64,000 bases of DNA. Source: an uncultured Bacillota bacterium. Lineage in GTDB: Bacteria; Bacillota; Dehalobacteriia; UBA7702. The stretch is taken from NCBI GenBank assembly GCA_902796855.1, contig CADBQN010000037.1, positions 761 to 64,760 of the forward strand. Reading direction: 5' to 3'. Position 1 is the first letter of the stretch. Each line of letters opens with the position of its first letter. Positions 17,272 through 26,185 of this stretch are shown one piece after another. The translations under genes and the position numbers were made by a program. The notes under the pieces were generated by a model. The model was not told the origin of the DNA and did no database searches. It saw only the letters and a program-made list of their open reading frames with translations.

Positions 17272-18429
17272 ATGAATCCTACCGCGATGTTCCGCATCGG
17301 CTATGGCCTTTACGTCGTCACCGCCAAGGACGGCAAGGACAACGGCTGCATCGTCAACACCTTTTCCCAGGTCACCTCGGAGCCGAACCGCGTGTCGCTG
17401 ACGGTGAACAAACAAAATTATACCCATGACATGATCGCTTCCACCGGTCTTTTCAACGTCTCCATGCTGACGACGGCGACGCCCTTCTCCGTTTTTGAGC
17501 ATTTCGGGTTTCAAACCGGCAGGGAAACCGACAAATTCGCCGATTTCACCAAAATCGGCAGAAGCGAAAACGGCCTGATCTACCTCACCCAATACACCAA
17601 CGCTTACATCTCCGGCCGGGTGATCCAAAGCATTGACCTCGGCACCCACACGATGTTCATCGCCAACGTCACCGCCGCCGAAGTCCTCAACGACGAAACG
17701 TCGCTGACCTACGATTTTTACCAGAAATTTGTCAAGCCGAAACCGAAAAAGACAAAGAAAAAGGGGTGGCGCTGCCGGATCTGCGGCTACGTCTACGAAG
17801 GCGACGAGCTCCCGGCGGACTTTACCTGCCCGGTGTGCAAACACGGCGCCGCCGACTTTGAGCCGATCCCCTCGGACGAACCGGCGGAAGACGCCGCCGA
17901 CTTTGCCGGCAGCCGCACCGAAGCCAACCTGCAGGAGGCCTTTGCCGGGGAATCCCAGGCGAGGAATAAATACACATATTTCGCCGAGCGGGCCAGAACC
18001 GACGGCTTTGAGGAAATCGCCGCCATCTTTGAGGAAACGGCGCTGAACGAACGGGAGCACGCCAAGATCTGGTTCCGGCTCCTCCATCAGAACCGCGTTC
18101 CCGATACCGCCGAGAACCTCCGCGCCGCCGCCGCCGGGGAAAACGGCGAATGGACCGATATGTATCCCCGGATGGCCGAGGAAGCCAGAAAAGAGGGCTT
18201 CGACGACATCGCCGCTCTCTTTGAGCGGGTCGGCGCCATCGAGAAGGGCCACGAAGCCCGCTATAAGAAGCTCCTGGCCAAGGTGGAAGGGGAAACCGTT
18301 TTTGAAGAGGAAGCGGAAGTCACCTGGATCTGCCGGAACTGCGGCTATGAGGTAAAAGCCGCCGCCGCGCCGAAGGTCTGCCCCATCTGCAGCTACGGCC
18401 AGAGCTACTTTGAAAAAAAGATAAGATAA
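17272..18429 (+). CDS. Flavin reductase-rubredoxin-rubrerythrin fusion protein
   Basis: YGLYVVT..NGCIVNT..GTHTMFI; CRICGY..CPVCKH; AFAGESQARNKY..EREHA..EKGHE..CRNCG..CPIC. Confidence 0.9.
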   Translation: MNPTAMFRIGYGLYVVTAKDGKDNGCIVNTFSQVTSEPNRVSLTVNKQNYTHDMIASTGLFNVSMLTTATPFSVFEHFGFQTGRETDKFADFTKIGRSENGLIYLTQYTNAYISGRVIQSIDLGTHTMFIANVTAAEVLNDETSLTYDFYQKFVKPKPKKTKKKGWRCRICGYVYEGDELPADFTCPVCKHGAADFEPIPSDEPAEDAADFAGSRTEANLQEAFAGESQARNKYTYFAERARTDGFEEIAAIFEETALNEREHAKIWFRLLHQNRVPDTAENLRAAAAGENGEWTDMYPRMAEEARKEGFDDIAALFERVGAIEKGHEARYKKLLAKVEGETVFEEEAEVTWICRNCGYEVKAAAAPKVCPICSYGQSYFEKKIR

Positions 18430-18445
18430 AACGCTGAAACGCGGG

Positions 18446-18480
18446 AAAGCCCGGAACACACCGTTCCGGGCTTTGCTTTT
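18446..18480. terminator. Intrinsic terminator between convergent genes
   Basis: AAAGCCCGGAAC-ACACC-GTTCCGGGCTTT. Confidence 0.75.
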
Positions 18481-18492
18481 GTAAAAACTTCG

Positions 18493-19791
18493 TCACTCTT
18501 CCCGCAGCGCCGCCAACGCCAGCCCCCAGCAGAGGAAGAGGAACGGGGCGGCGATGCAGACACGCAGACCGAAAAAGGCCTGGACACCATAGCCGAAGGC
18601 GCCGCTGCCCCAGATGACGGCAGCATTGTTTTGCCGATGTCTCACGACCAGCGCCAACGAAAGAACGAGGGCGGCAGCATAGGCCGAAAAGGCCAGCAGC
18701 CCCTCGCTGACGAGGATGTTCAGATACTCGTTGTGGGCGGCGTCGATGGCGGCGGTGTAGGTGACGTCCTTCGCCGCGTCGTAGCGCCGGAACTCCGCCG
18801 TCATCCGCTGACCCAGAGTGTCGCAGCCGCCGCCAAAGAGCGGGCGCTCCGGCACGAGGGCGGCGACGCTGCGCCAGATGAAGAGGCGCCCGGTGCCGAA
18901 ACCGTCGTCCCACTCGCCCCGGGACAGGGCGTGGAGCTCATGGAGGGTGCCGCCGCCGATGTCGAAACAGTAAATCCCGGCGATGGCGAGGAGCACCACG
19001 AGGAGCAGGACAAGAGCGAAGCGGCGGCGGTGGGCCGGATTTCTCAGGATCACCGACGGCAGGAGCAGCAGCGTGCCGCCGAAAACGGCGGCGACGGCGG
19101 CGGCGACGCGGATCTTAAGCGTCACCGCCCAGACCATGACGACGGGGATCAGCAAAAGAAAGCGGCTTTTCCCCTGCCCCCGCAGGAGAGCGGCGGTCAG
19201 CAGCGGCCCGGCCGCGGAAAGCACCGCCCCGGTGAGACCGGCGTTGCCGGCGGTGCCGATGAACTCGTAGCGGTACGCGTCGTTGCCGTCGTAGTAAGTG
19301 AGCCCCTCGGGATAGAAATGAAAGGGGTTCCCGCCCAGGAGCTGACTGAAGCAGACCAGGCAGAAGAGAACGACGGAAACGGCGAAAACAGCGATGAGAC
19401 GGCGGGAAGGACGACCGAAAAGCGCCGCGCCGAAAAAGCACAGTCCGTAGCAGGCAACGGTGAGCAGCCCCTCACGGCGGTGGAAGCCGAGGAGCGTTTG
19501 GGGAAAATACGGCGAAAGGCAGGCGCTGACGGCGGTGAAGAGCAGAAACAGCCCCATCAGCGCGAGGACGGCGGCGACGCCCCGGCCGACTTTCGGCCGC
19601 GTGCGGCGGCGGCAGAAAAGCGCCGTCAGACCGAAAGCGTAAGCGCCGCAGATCGCCAGGAAGAGCCCGTATTTAAAGGACGTGATCGACGTATAGCCGC
19701 CCTTTCCCACCGCCAGCAGATAGACGCTGAACAGAACGGCGATGAACAGCGACGTCAGCGCCGACGCCGACAGCGTTTTTCCCTTCTCCAT
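18493..19791 (-). CDS. O-antigen ligase (Wzy_C) family membrane protein
   Basis: Multiple TM segments, GTAGN, GTGRLFIW, PLFGGGCD, DAAHNEYLNILVSEG. Confidence 0.85.
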   Translation of the reverse strand: MEKGKTLSASALTSLFIAVLFSVYLLAVGKGGYTSITSFKYGLFLAICGAYAFGLTALFCRRRTRPKVGRGVAAVLALMGLFLLFTAVSACLSPYFPQTLLGFHRREGLLTVACYGLCFFGAALFGRPSRRLIAVFAVSVVLFCLVCFSQLLGGNPFHFYPEGLTYYDGNDAYRYEFIGTAGNAGLTGAVLSAAGPLLTAALLRGQGKSRFLLLIPVVMVWAVTLKIRVAAAVAAVFGGTLLLLPSVILRNPAHRRRFALVLLLVVLLAIAGIYCFDIGGGTLHELHALSRGEWDDGFGTGRLFIWRSVAALVPERPLFGGGCDTLGQRMTAEFRRYDAAKDVTYTAAIDAAHNEYLNILVSEGLLAFSAYAAALVLSLALVVRHRQNNAAVIWGSGAFGYGVQAFFGLRVCIAAPFLFLCWGLALAALREE

Positions 19792-19954
19792 GGCGAATCC
19801 CTCCCCAAAGTTTTTTTCTATTATACCCCTTCGCCGAAAAAGGCGCAACACCGGTAAAAAATTCCTGCATAACGGCGGCAAAAACGGTCATCCTAAGGAA
19901 AAAGAAGGCCGCCGCGGAACGGCGGCGGCGAAAAACACCAAAGGAGAACGAACC

Positions 19955-20248
19955 ATGAAAAAGATCACAGCGATCCTGCTGATCCTCTGTCTGTGCCTTT
20001 CCTTTGCCGCCTGCGGCGACAACAGCGGCAGCGCCGCCGACGCCGGAGACGACGCCGGGGACATCGTGGAAGACGTCACCGATACCGGCAAAGACGTTGT
20101 GGACGACACCGTCGACGCCGGCAAGGACGTCGCCGACGAAGCCGAAGACGCCGCCAAGGACGTCGGCGACGGTGTGAAGAACGCCGTTGAGGACGAAAAA
20201 GACATGGTGGACGACGCCGTGGACAGCGACACCGAAAACGACCGCTGA
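19955..20248 (+). CDS. Small acidic lipoprotein with 11-residue repeats
   Basis: Lipobox LSFAAC; repeats GKDVVDDTVDA/GKDVADEAEDA/AKDVGDGVKNA; RBS AAAGGAG. Confidence 0.85.
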   Translation: MKKITAILLILCLCLSFAACGDNSGSAADAGDDAGDIVEDVTDTGKDVVDDTVDAGKDVADEAEDAAKDVGDGVKNAVEDEKDMVDDAVDSDTENDR

Positions 20249-20382
20249 AAAACAAGCGCAGAAACGAGCAGAAAGGCCATGCCCGCCCCGGCGGGAGCGG
20301 CCTTTTTCGTTTGACACGGCGGCGAAAATCATCTATAATTTGAGTGGAATCCGTTCCGAAAAACGAGGAGGAAGACCCGGCC

Positions 20383-21192
20383 ATGATGAACGATCCCCTG
20401 TTTCTGTGCCGCATGATGATGCGCCTGTATACCGTCGCCCCGGACGAAAACGGCGTCAGCCGCAGCCCGGCGCTGTGGGAAAGCTATCAGGAAATCGAGG
20501 AAGGGCTTTTCGCGGCCTTTCGGGCCGAGAACATCCGCCCCGTGCCGGTGCGGGTGCTTTCCGATTTCAACGGCACGATCCGTTCCGTACTGGAACTGGT
20601 GTTCTGCGCCGCGGAGCCAACGATCCCCATCCCCGAGGAGCTCTACCGCCTCTTTGGCGATTACGGCGTCAAAGGCTTTACCGCCCCGGCGGAGCCGCCG
20701 GTGATCCGCCTGGCCTATACGGGGCGCTGCTACGACTACGAGACGAAAACGCGGCTCATCACCGACGGCCTGCAGATCGGCTCTCTGGGGAAAATCGCCC
20801 TGGATTTCTACTCCCTGGACGAAATGACAAAGGCCGGCGTCTCCTGCCGCCTGACCCACGAGATCCTCCACGTCTTCGGCGTTTCCGAAGAGGAAATGGT
20901 CTACTATAAACCCAAAGCCTACCTCGGGCTCCTCGACCACGTCAACCGCCTCAGCGATAAAGTCCTCGCCGCCGCCGAAGCGGCGCGGCCGGTCTTTGAG
21001 CGCTCGGCGGGGAGCATCGCCGCGGCGAACCCCCAATGGTTGGCGGCCCTGACCGACCTGGGCCAAAAGCTGAAGGACAGCGGCTATCCCGACGCGCCGG
21101 AGCGCGCCGCCAAAACAGCGCTGCGGCTGCCGGAGAACGTGATCGACGGCGGCACCGTCACCTACGCCGTCCGCGACGTCCTCTATATGTAG
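20383..21192 (+). CDS. Hypothetical protein with HEXXH motif (possible zincin-like metallopeptidase)
   Basis: LTHEILHVFG; RBS GAGGAGG; host-like codon usage; TAG stop. Confidence 0.7.
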   Translation: MMNDPLFLCRMMMRLYTVAPDENGVSRSPALWESYQEIEEGLFAAFRAENIRPVPVRVLSDFNGTIRSVLELVFCAAEPTIPIPEELYRLFGDYGVKGFTAPAEPPVIRLAYTGRCYDYETKTRLITDGLQIGSLGKIALDFYSLDEMTKAGVSCRLTHEILHVFGVSEEEMVYYKPKAYLGLLDHVNRLSDKVLAAAEAARPVFERSAGSIAAANPQWLAALTDLGQKLKDSGYPDAPERAAKTALRLPENVIDGGTVTYAVRDVLYM

Positions 21193-21281
21193 CGCCGCGC
21201 CGGCCTTCAACAAAAAAAAGAATAAACAAGCCTCCTTTCGCGAAAACTATAATTAAAGTTCAGCGTAAGGAGGCCTTTTTT

Positions 21282-21446
21282 ATGTTACACTGCAAGAACT
21301 GCGGCAGCGTCATCGTCCCGGGCAGGATCTACCTGTCCAGCGACGGGTTCTACTGTCACCGCTGCGCCGAGGGAGTCCGTTCGTATCTACCGCTCTCCTT
21401 CCCGGGGAAACGGCCGGAAGGGAGGAACGATCATGTCACGATGTGA
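21282..21446 (+). CDS. Small CxxC...CxxC zinc-finger protein
   Basis: AAGGAGG then MLHCKNCG-x-YCHRCAE (54 aa). Confidence 0.6.
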   Translation: MLHCKNCGSVIVPGRIYLSSDGFYCHRCAEGVRSYLPLSFPGKRPEGRNDHVTM

Positions 21447-21621
21447 GCACTGCGGCAGGACCGTCCGAAACAAAGAGGACGTCTACACCTACAAGGGGAA
21501 AGAGCTCTGCGAGGACTGCGCGGTGATGTTCCAGAACCGCGATTTCAGTTCCACCAAGATCATGGGCTGCGACGGCCCCGTCGGCCGGGCCATGCACAAA
21601 GCGGAGCAGTCCCTGAAATAA
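21433..21621 (+). CDS. Small CxxC...CxxC zinc-finger protein
   Basis: GGAGG then MSRCEHCG..ELCEDCA..GCDG (62 aa). Confidence 0.75.
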   Translation: MSRCEHCGRTVRNKEDVYTYKGKELCEDCAVMFQNRDFSSTKIMGCDGPVGRAMHKAEQSLK

Positions 21622-21655
21622 CCGCGAAAGCGGATGGGAGCACAATACTCCCACA

Positions 21656-21693
21656 AAGAACGCCGCCGGGAGCATTCCTCCGGCGGCGTTCTT
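21656..21693. terminator. Terminator hairpin between convergent genes
   Basis: AAGAACGCCGCCGG...CCGGCGGCGTTCTT, 14-bp stem. Confidence 0.75.
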
Positions 21694-21709
21694 GCCTTCG
21701 TTCTTTATT

Positions 21710-22957
21710 TCAGACGAAGCGGCGGTCAAAGACGCGCTTCGATTTCTTTTCGCTCCGGGGCAGTTCGCCGAGGGCGACGGCTTCCGTCTCCACGGTGATG
21801 TTGATCCTCGTTTTAAACAACGTTTTCAGCTTGGCTTCCAGCGATTTGCGGCTTTCACCGGCGGGGAGGGACGTTTCCACCCGCACCTTCATGTGATCCT
21901 TGCCCTCCAGGTGGTCGATGAGGACCTGATACTCACTGGAGGCGTCGTCCAGTTCCTTTAAAATATCCTCGATCTGACCGGGGAAGATGTTGACGCCCTT
22001 GACCTTGACCATGTCGTCGGTGCGGCCGAGGATCGTGTCGATGCGGGGATAGTCGCGGCCGCAGGGACAGGGCTCGTCGGCGGGGATGATCCGGGTGAGG
22101 TCGTGGGTGCGGTAGCGGATCAGCGGCGCGCCTTCCTTTTCCAGGGTAGTGATGACCAGCTCGCCGAGTTCCCCGTCGGGGAGCACCGCGCCGGTCTTCG
22201 GGTCGATGATCTCAAAATAGAGATAATCGTCAAAATAGTGCATGCCGGTCTCATATTCACAGTTCACGGCGATGCCGGGGCCGTAGATTTCCGTCAGGCC
22301 GTAGATATCGTAGAGCTCGATGCCCAGCTCGTCGGCGATGCGGCGGCGCATCTTCTCGCCCCAGCGTTCGGAACCGATGACGCCCTTTTTCAGTTTGATA
22401 TGCTCCCGGATGCCGCGCTTCTCGATTTCCTCCGCCAGCAGCAGAGCGTAGGACGAAGTGGAGCAGAGCACGGTGGAGCCGAGATCCCGCATGAACTGGA
22501 TCTGCTTTTCGGTGTTGCCGGGGCCCATCGGCACCGCCATAGCGCCGAGGAGCTCCGCGCCAAGCTGAAAGCCGATGCCGGCGGTCCACAGACCGTATCC
22601 CGGCGTGATCTGGATGCGGTCTTCCCGGGTGATGCCGGCGATTTCGTAACAGCGCTTGAAGAGGATCGCCCAGTCGTCGACATCCTTTTGGGTATAAGGG
22701 ATGATGACCGGCGTCCCGGTGGTGCCGCTGGAAGAATGGATACGGACGATCTCCGAATCCGTCACGGCGGAGAGCCCTAAGGGATAGGCGTCCCGGAGGT
22801 CGGCCTTTTCCGAAAAGGGCAGTTGCTCAAAATCCTCTTTGCCGCCGATGGCCTCGATGTCGAAGCCCTCCAATTTCTGAGCGTAGAAGCTCCCGGCCGC
22901 TTTGACGCGGCGGAGCTGTTTTTTGATTTTTTCTAACTGTGTCTGGGATAATTCCAT
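21710..22957 (-). CDS. Phenylacetate-CoA ligase family (aryl-acetate CoA ligase)
   Basis: RIHSSSGTTG, YGLWTAGIG, DIYGLTEIYGPG, RYRTHD, GRTDDMVKVKGVNIFP. Confidence 0.93.
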   Translation of the reverse strand: MELSQTQLEKIKKQLRRVKAAGSFYAQKLEGFDIEAIGGKEDFEQLPFSEKADLRDAYPLGLSAVTDSEIVRIHSSSGTTGTPVIIPYTQKDVDDWAILFKRCYEIAGITREDRIQITPGYGLWTAGIGFQLGAELLGAMAVPMGPGNTEKQIQFMRDLGSTVLCSTSSYALLLAEEIEKRGIREHIKLKKGVIGSERWGEKMRRRIADELGIELYDIYGLTEIYGPGIAVNCEYETGMHYFDDYLYFEIIDPKTGAVLPDGELGELVITTLEKEGAPLIRYRTHDLTRIIPADEPCPCGRDYPRIDTILGRTDDMVKVKGVNIFPGQIEDILKELDDASSEYQVLIDHLEGKDHMKVRVETSLPAGESRKSLEAKLKTLFKTRINITVETEAVALGELPRSEKKSKRVFDRRFV

Positions 22958-22963
22958 GATCTC

Positions 22964-23554
22964 TTATCTCTTTTCTGATAGGGTCTTCGCGCCGAGTTCC
23001 AGCGCTTTTTTGTTCATATCGAGAAACCGCGGCCTGATTTTTTTGGCCATGGCGGTTTCGATTTCACTGAGGGTCAGCCCCATTTCACCGCTTTCGGCGA
23101 GGGCGCCGAGGAGCGCCATGTTGACCACGCGGGGGGACCCGCAGACGGCGACAATGGCAGCGGTATCGAGGACGGCGGCTTTTTCCAGGTGCTCCCGCAG
23201 ATAGGCCAGGATCGCCCCGCCGTCATAGGCGGTGCCGCCGAGGGAGGCGGTGACCGGAGCGACGGTCTCGGGACAGGTGATCACCGTGCCGCCTTCCTTT
23301 AAGTAACGAAGATTGCGGAGCACCTCGCCGGGCTCAAAACCGAGGAGCACATCGGCGCCGCCGTTGGGGATCAGCGGCGAGGGCACCGACGCGCCGACGC
23401 GAACGTGGCTGACGACGGAACCGCCCCGCTGGGCCATGCCGATGGTTTCGGCGGTGCGGGCAAACAGCCCCTTTCCCATGGCGGCGGCGGCAATGATCCG
23501 GGAAGCGAGAACGGTGCCCTGACCGCCGACGCCGCAAAGCAGACAACTCTTCAT
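22964..23554 (-). CDS. iorB: Indolepyruvate:ferredoxin oxidoreductase beta subunit
   Basis: GVGGQGTVLAS, ETIGMAQRGGSV, NMALLGA; start MKSCLL. Confidence 0.92.
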   Translation of the reverse strand: MKSCLLCGVGGQGTVLASRIIAAAAMGKGLFARTAETIGMAQRGGSVVSHVRVGASVPSPLIPNGGADVLLGFEPGEVLRNLRYLKEGGTVITCPETVAPVTASLGGTAYDGGAILAYLREHLEKAAVLDTAAIVAVCGSPRVVNMALLGALAESGEMGLTLSEIETAMAKKIRPRFLDMNKKALELGAKTLSEKR

Positions 23555-23555
23555 C

Positions 23556-25322
23556 TCACTGTTCCTCCTTCCCGATGCAGCCCTTGGGACAGACGCTTTG
23601 ACAGAGGCCGCAGCCGACGCAAAGCGCCGGGTCGATGGCGGTCTTTTCCCCATTCTTCCGCAGAGCGGGACAGCCCAGCTGACGGATGCACTTGCCGCAG
23701 CCGACGCAGGTCTCCGCGTCCACCGCAAGGGGGGTTCCGCCTTTTTCCAGCGCGACGCAGGGAGAGCGGAAGATGATGGCGCGGACGCCCTCTTCCGCGG
23801 CGGCGGCCTTCACGGCATCTTCCGCGGCGGCCCGGTCAAAGGGATCCGCCGTCCGCACCGAGGCGACGCCGCAGCCTTTCAGCACCGACGCGATGTCGAT
23901 GACCTGGGTCGGCTCGTTCATCACGGTAATACCGAGACCGGGATGGGGCTGGTGCCCCGTCATCGCCGTGGTGTGGTTGTCGAGAACGACAAGGATCAGA
24001 TCGGCCTTGTTGTAGACGGCGTTGATGACGCCGGTGATCCCCGAGGCAAAGAAGGTGGAATCGCCGACAAAGGCAAAGGTCTGCCCCTCTTCCCCGGCGT
24101 GATACAGCCCCTGTGCCACGGTGATCCCGGCGCCCATGCAGAGGCAGGTATCCACCATATCGAGGGGCGCGGCGTTGCCTAAGGTGTAACAGCCGATGTC
24201 GCCGCAGAAGATCGCCTTTTTCCCCTTCATCGCCTGTTTCACGGCGTAGAAGGAGGCACGGTGGGGGCATCCGGCGCAGAGCACCGGCGGCCGCGGCGGC
24301 AGGAACGGCGCGTCTTCATTGAAGGGCGGCGCCGCCTTGGCGGTACCGAGAATGCTCCCGACGATGTCGGCGCTGAGCTCCCCGGCGGCGGGGACGGTGC
24401 CGTCCCGTTTCCCAAAAAGGGGAACGGCGGGGCGGAGCATGGTCAGGGCGTCCTCAATGACGGGATCGAGCTCCTCAAAGACATAGACTTTCTCAACACC
24501 GGCCAAAAATGACGCGGCCTTTTCCGCCGGGAAGGGATAGGGCGTGGCGACTTTGAAAACAGTGTAATCCTCTTCATGGCCGCGGATGGCGTCCATGACA
24601 TAGGCAAAGCTGACACCGCCGCAGGCGATGCCGATTCTGCCGCCGCCGATGATCTCGTTGCGGCCGTATCCGGAAAACGTTTCGGCATAAGTCTTTTCCG
24701 CGGCGAAGAGCCGCTTTTTGCTCTCGAAGGAAAGCCGGGGGAAGATCACCCAGCGGGGATCCTTCTCAAAGCCGGGAGCACGCTCCGGCGCTTTCGGTTC
24801 CGGCACGTCCACCGAGGCGCAGGAGTGGCACACCCGGGTGGTGGAACGCAGGATCACCGGCACGCCCTCTTTTTCGGAGAAATCAAAAGCTTCCATGGTC
24901 ATAGCGAAGGCCTCTTCCGGCGAGGAACAGTCGAAAACGGGGATCCGCGCGTAGCGGCCGAAATGGCGGGTATCCTGCTCCGTCTGGGAGGAGATCGGCC
25001 CGGGATCGTCGGCGACATAGACCACCATGCCGCCTTTCACGCCGATGTAGTTGACGCACATCAGCGGGTCCGAAGCGACGTTCAGCCCCACCTGTTTCAT
25101 CGTGACGAGGCTCCGCGCCCCGGCGTAGGCGGCGCCGGCGGCCACTTCCAGACCGGCCTTTTCGTTGACCGACCACTCCACGTGAACAAAACCGGGGTTC
25201 CGTTTGGCAATGGTCTCCAGCACCTCGGTGGAGGGCGTTCCCGGATAGCCGGAGACGACCCGCACACCGGCGGCGATGGCGCCCAGCGCCACGGCCTCGT
25301 TCCCCATGAGCAATTCAAGCAT
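23556..25322 (-). CDS. iorA: Indolepyruvate:ferredoxin oxidoreductase alpha subunit
   Basis: LMGNEA, YPGTPSTE, NEKAGLE, PPVLCAGCPH, GDIGCY, GDSTF, TAMTGHQ, C-terminal ferredoxin; true start ATG 25322. Confidence 0.95.
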   Translation of the reverse strand: MLELLMGNEAVALGAIAAGVRVVSGYPGTPSTEVLETIAKRNPGFVHVEWSVNEKAGLEVAAGAAYAGARSLVTMKQVGLNVASDPLMCVNYIGVKGGMVVYVADDPGPISSQTEQDTRHFGRYARIPVFDCSSPEEAFAMTMEAFDFSEKEGVPVILRSTTRVCHSCASVDVPEPKAPERAPGFEKDPRWVIFPRLSFESKKRLFAAEKTYAETFSGYGRNEIIGGGRIGIACGGVSFAYVMDAIRGHEEDYTVFKVATPYPFPAEKAASFLAGVEKVYVFEELDPVIEDALTMLRPAVPLFGKRDGTVPAAGELSADIVGSILGTAKAAPPFNEDAPFLPPRPPVLCAGCPHRASFYAVKQAMKGKKAIFCGDIGCYTLGNAAPLDMVDTCLCMGAGITVAQGLYHAGEEGQTFAFVGDSTFFASGITGVINAVYNKADLILVVLDNHTTAMTGHQPHPGLGITVMNEPTQVIDIASVLKGCGVASVRTADPFDRAAAEDAVKAAAAEEGVRAIIFRSPCVALEKGGTPLAVDAETCVGCGKCIRQLGCPALRKNGEKTAIDPALCVGCGLCQSVCPKGCIGKEEQ

Positions 25323-25339
25323 AACTCTCTCTCCTCCAA

Positions 25340-25605
25340 AATAAAAAAAGCCCCCGCGAACGCAAGGACAAAACAGCATAATTCTGCGGTGCCACCTTGA
25401 TTGACCGCGAAGGCGGCCCCTCTCACCGCGGCGCATAAGCGCCGCCGCCGTTAACGCCGGCATACGTCCGGGGATACTCTCCCAAAGGGATTTGTCCCCG
25501 CCCCTCAGCGGTCCATATTCCACGCGCAGCCTGCCGGGGAGCTTCCACCGTCCTCCCCTCGCTCAGCGGCGCTTACGCGCTTTTCTCCGCTTCAGCGGTT
25601 TAGAT
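25340..25605 (-). ncRNA. T-box riboswitch, Trp (UGG) specifier
   Basis: T-box AATCAAGGTGGCACCGC (25402-25386), terminator with U-tract; stem I closes AGCGG/CCGCT with specifier loop GAATA-TGG-A (TGG at 25515-25513). Confidence 0.85.
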
Positions 25606-25619
25606 TGTGTGTATCATTT

Positions 25620-25648
25620 ATTGTACCATTGAAACGGAGCCGTGTCAA
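25620..25648 (-). promoter_or_regulatory. sigmaA promoter of the T-box/iorAB operon
   Basis: TTGACA-N17-TACAAT. Confidence 0.8.
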
Positions 25649-26185
25649 AGGTTTTTGAGCGAAAAGTCCGCAAAATCCGATTTTTTGGTCAGGGCCGAAA
25701 AAACCGACCGATGACCCCTACTGTCAAAAAGCGCATCAGCGTGGTGTTCCGGAACCTTGTTTATCCGTATATTGACACGGATTTTTGCTGATGACGTTAA
25801 AGAACGACAGGGCAACAGAAAGGTGAGGCAGCCGTTTTTTGCTCCCTTTGCGCTTACCTTTTTATCAAAGAACATTTTTCTTTTCAACATATTTCTTTCC
25901 GGGACGCGTGTTCCCGGGGGTCTTTCACATACCGCCAAAGGAAAGGGCTCCCCTCGGCGGATCAAAACGACCCTTCCGTTTTATTCAATAAGGCGCCGCG
26001 TCCTCTTTCATCCGTTTTCCTCCCGAGAGACTAAAAGGTTCCATATTCGGAAGGGGGACGGGAGGAACCCCGGCGATAAAACGTCAGCAGACCTCCGCGC
26101 GAAAAGAAGCGATTGAAATCGCGTGCCGCCTATGGTAAAATTTTCCCAGAGGAACATTGATCCGAAAAAAGGAGCTGACCACAAC

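Noticed and set aside
25323-25523. N-terminal extensions of iorA (and of glyQ, 42103-42180) in the ORF track
   Set aside because: They run through T-box leaders; the true starts have their own RBS.
25721-25810. Fluoride riboswitch, 6S or SRP RNA
   Set aside because: Only GCTGATGAC resembles the fluoride motif; the other required landmarks are missing. Kept as an unassigned structure.
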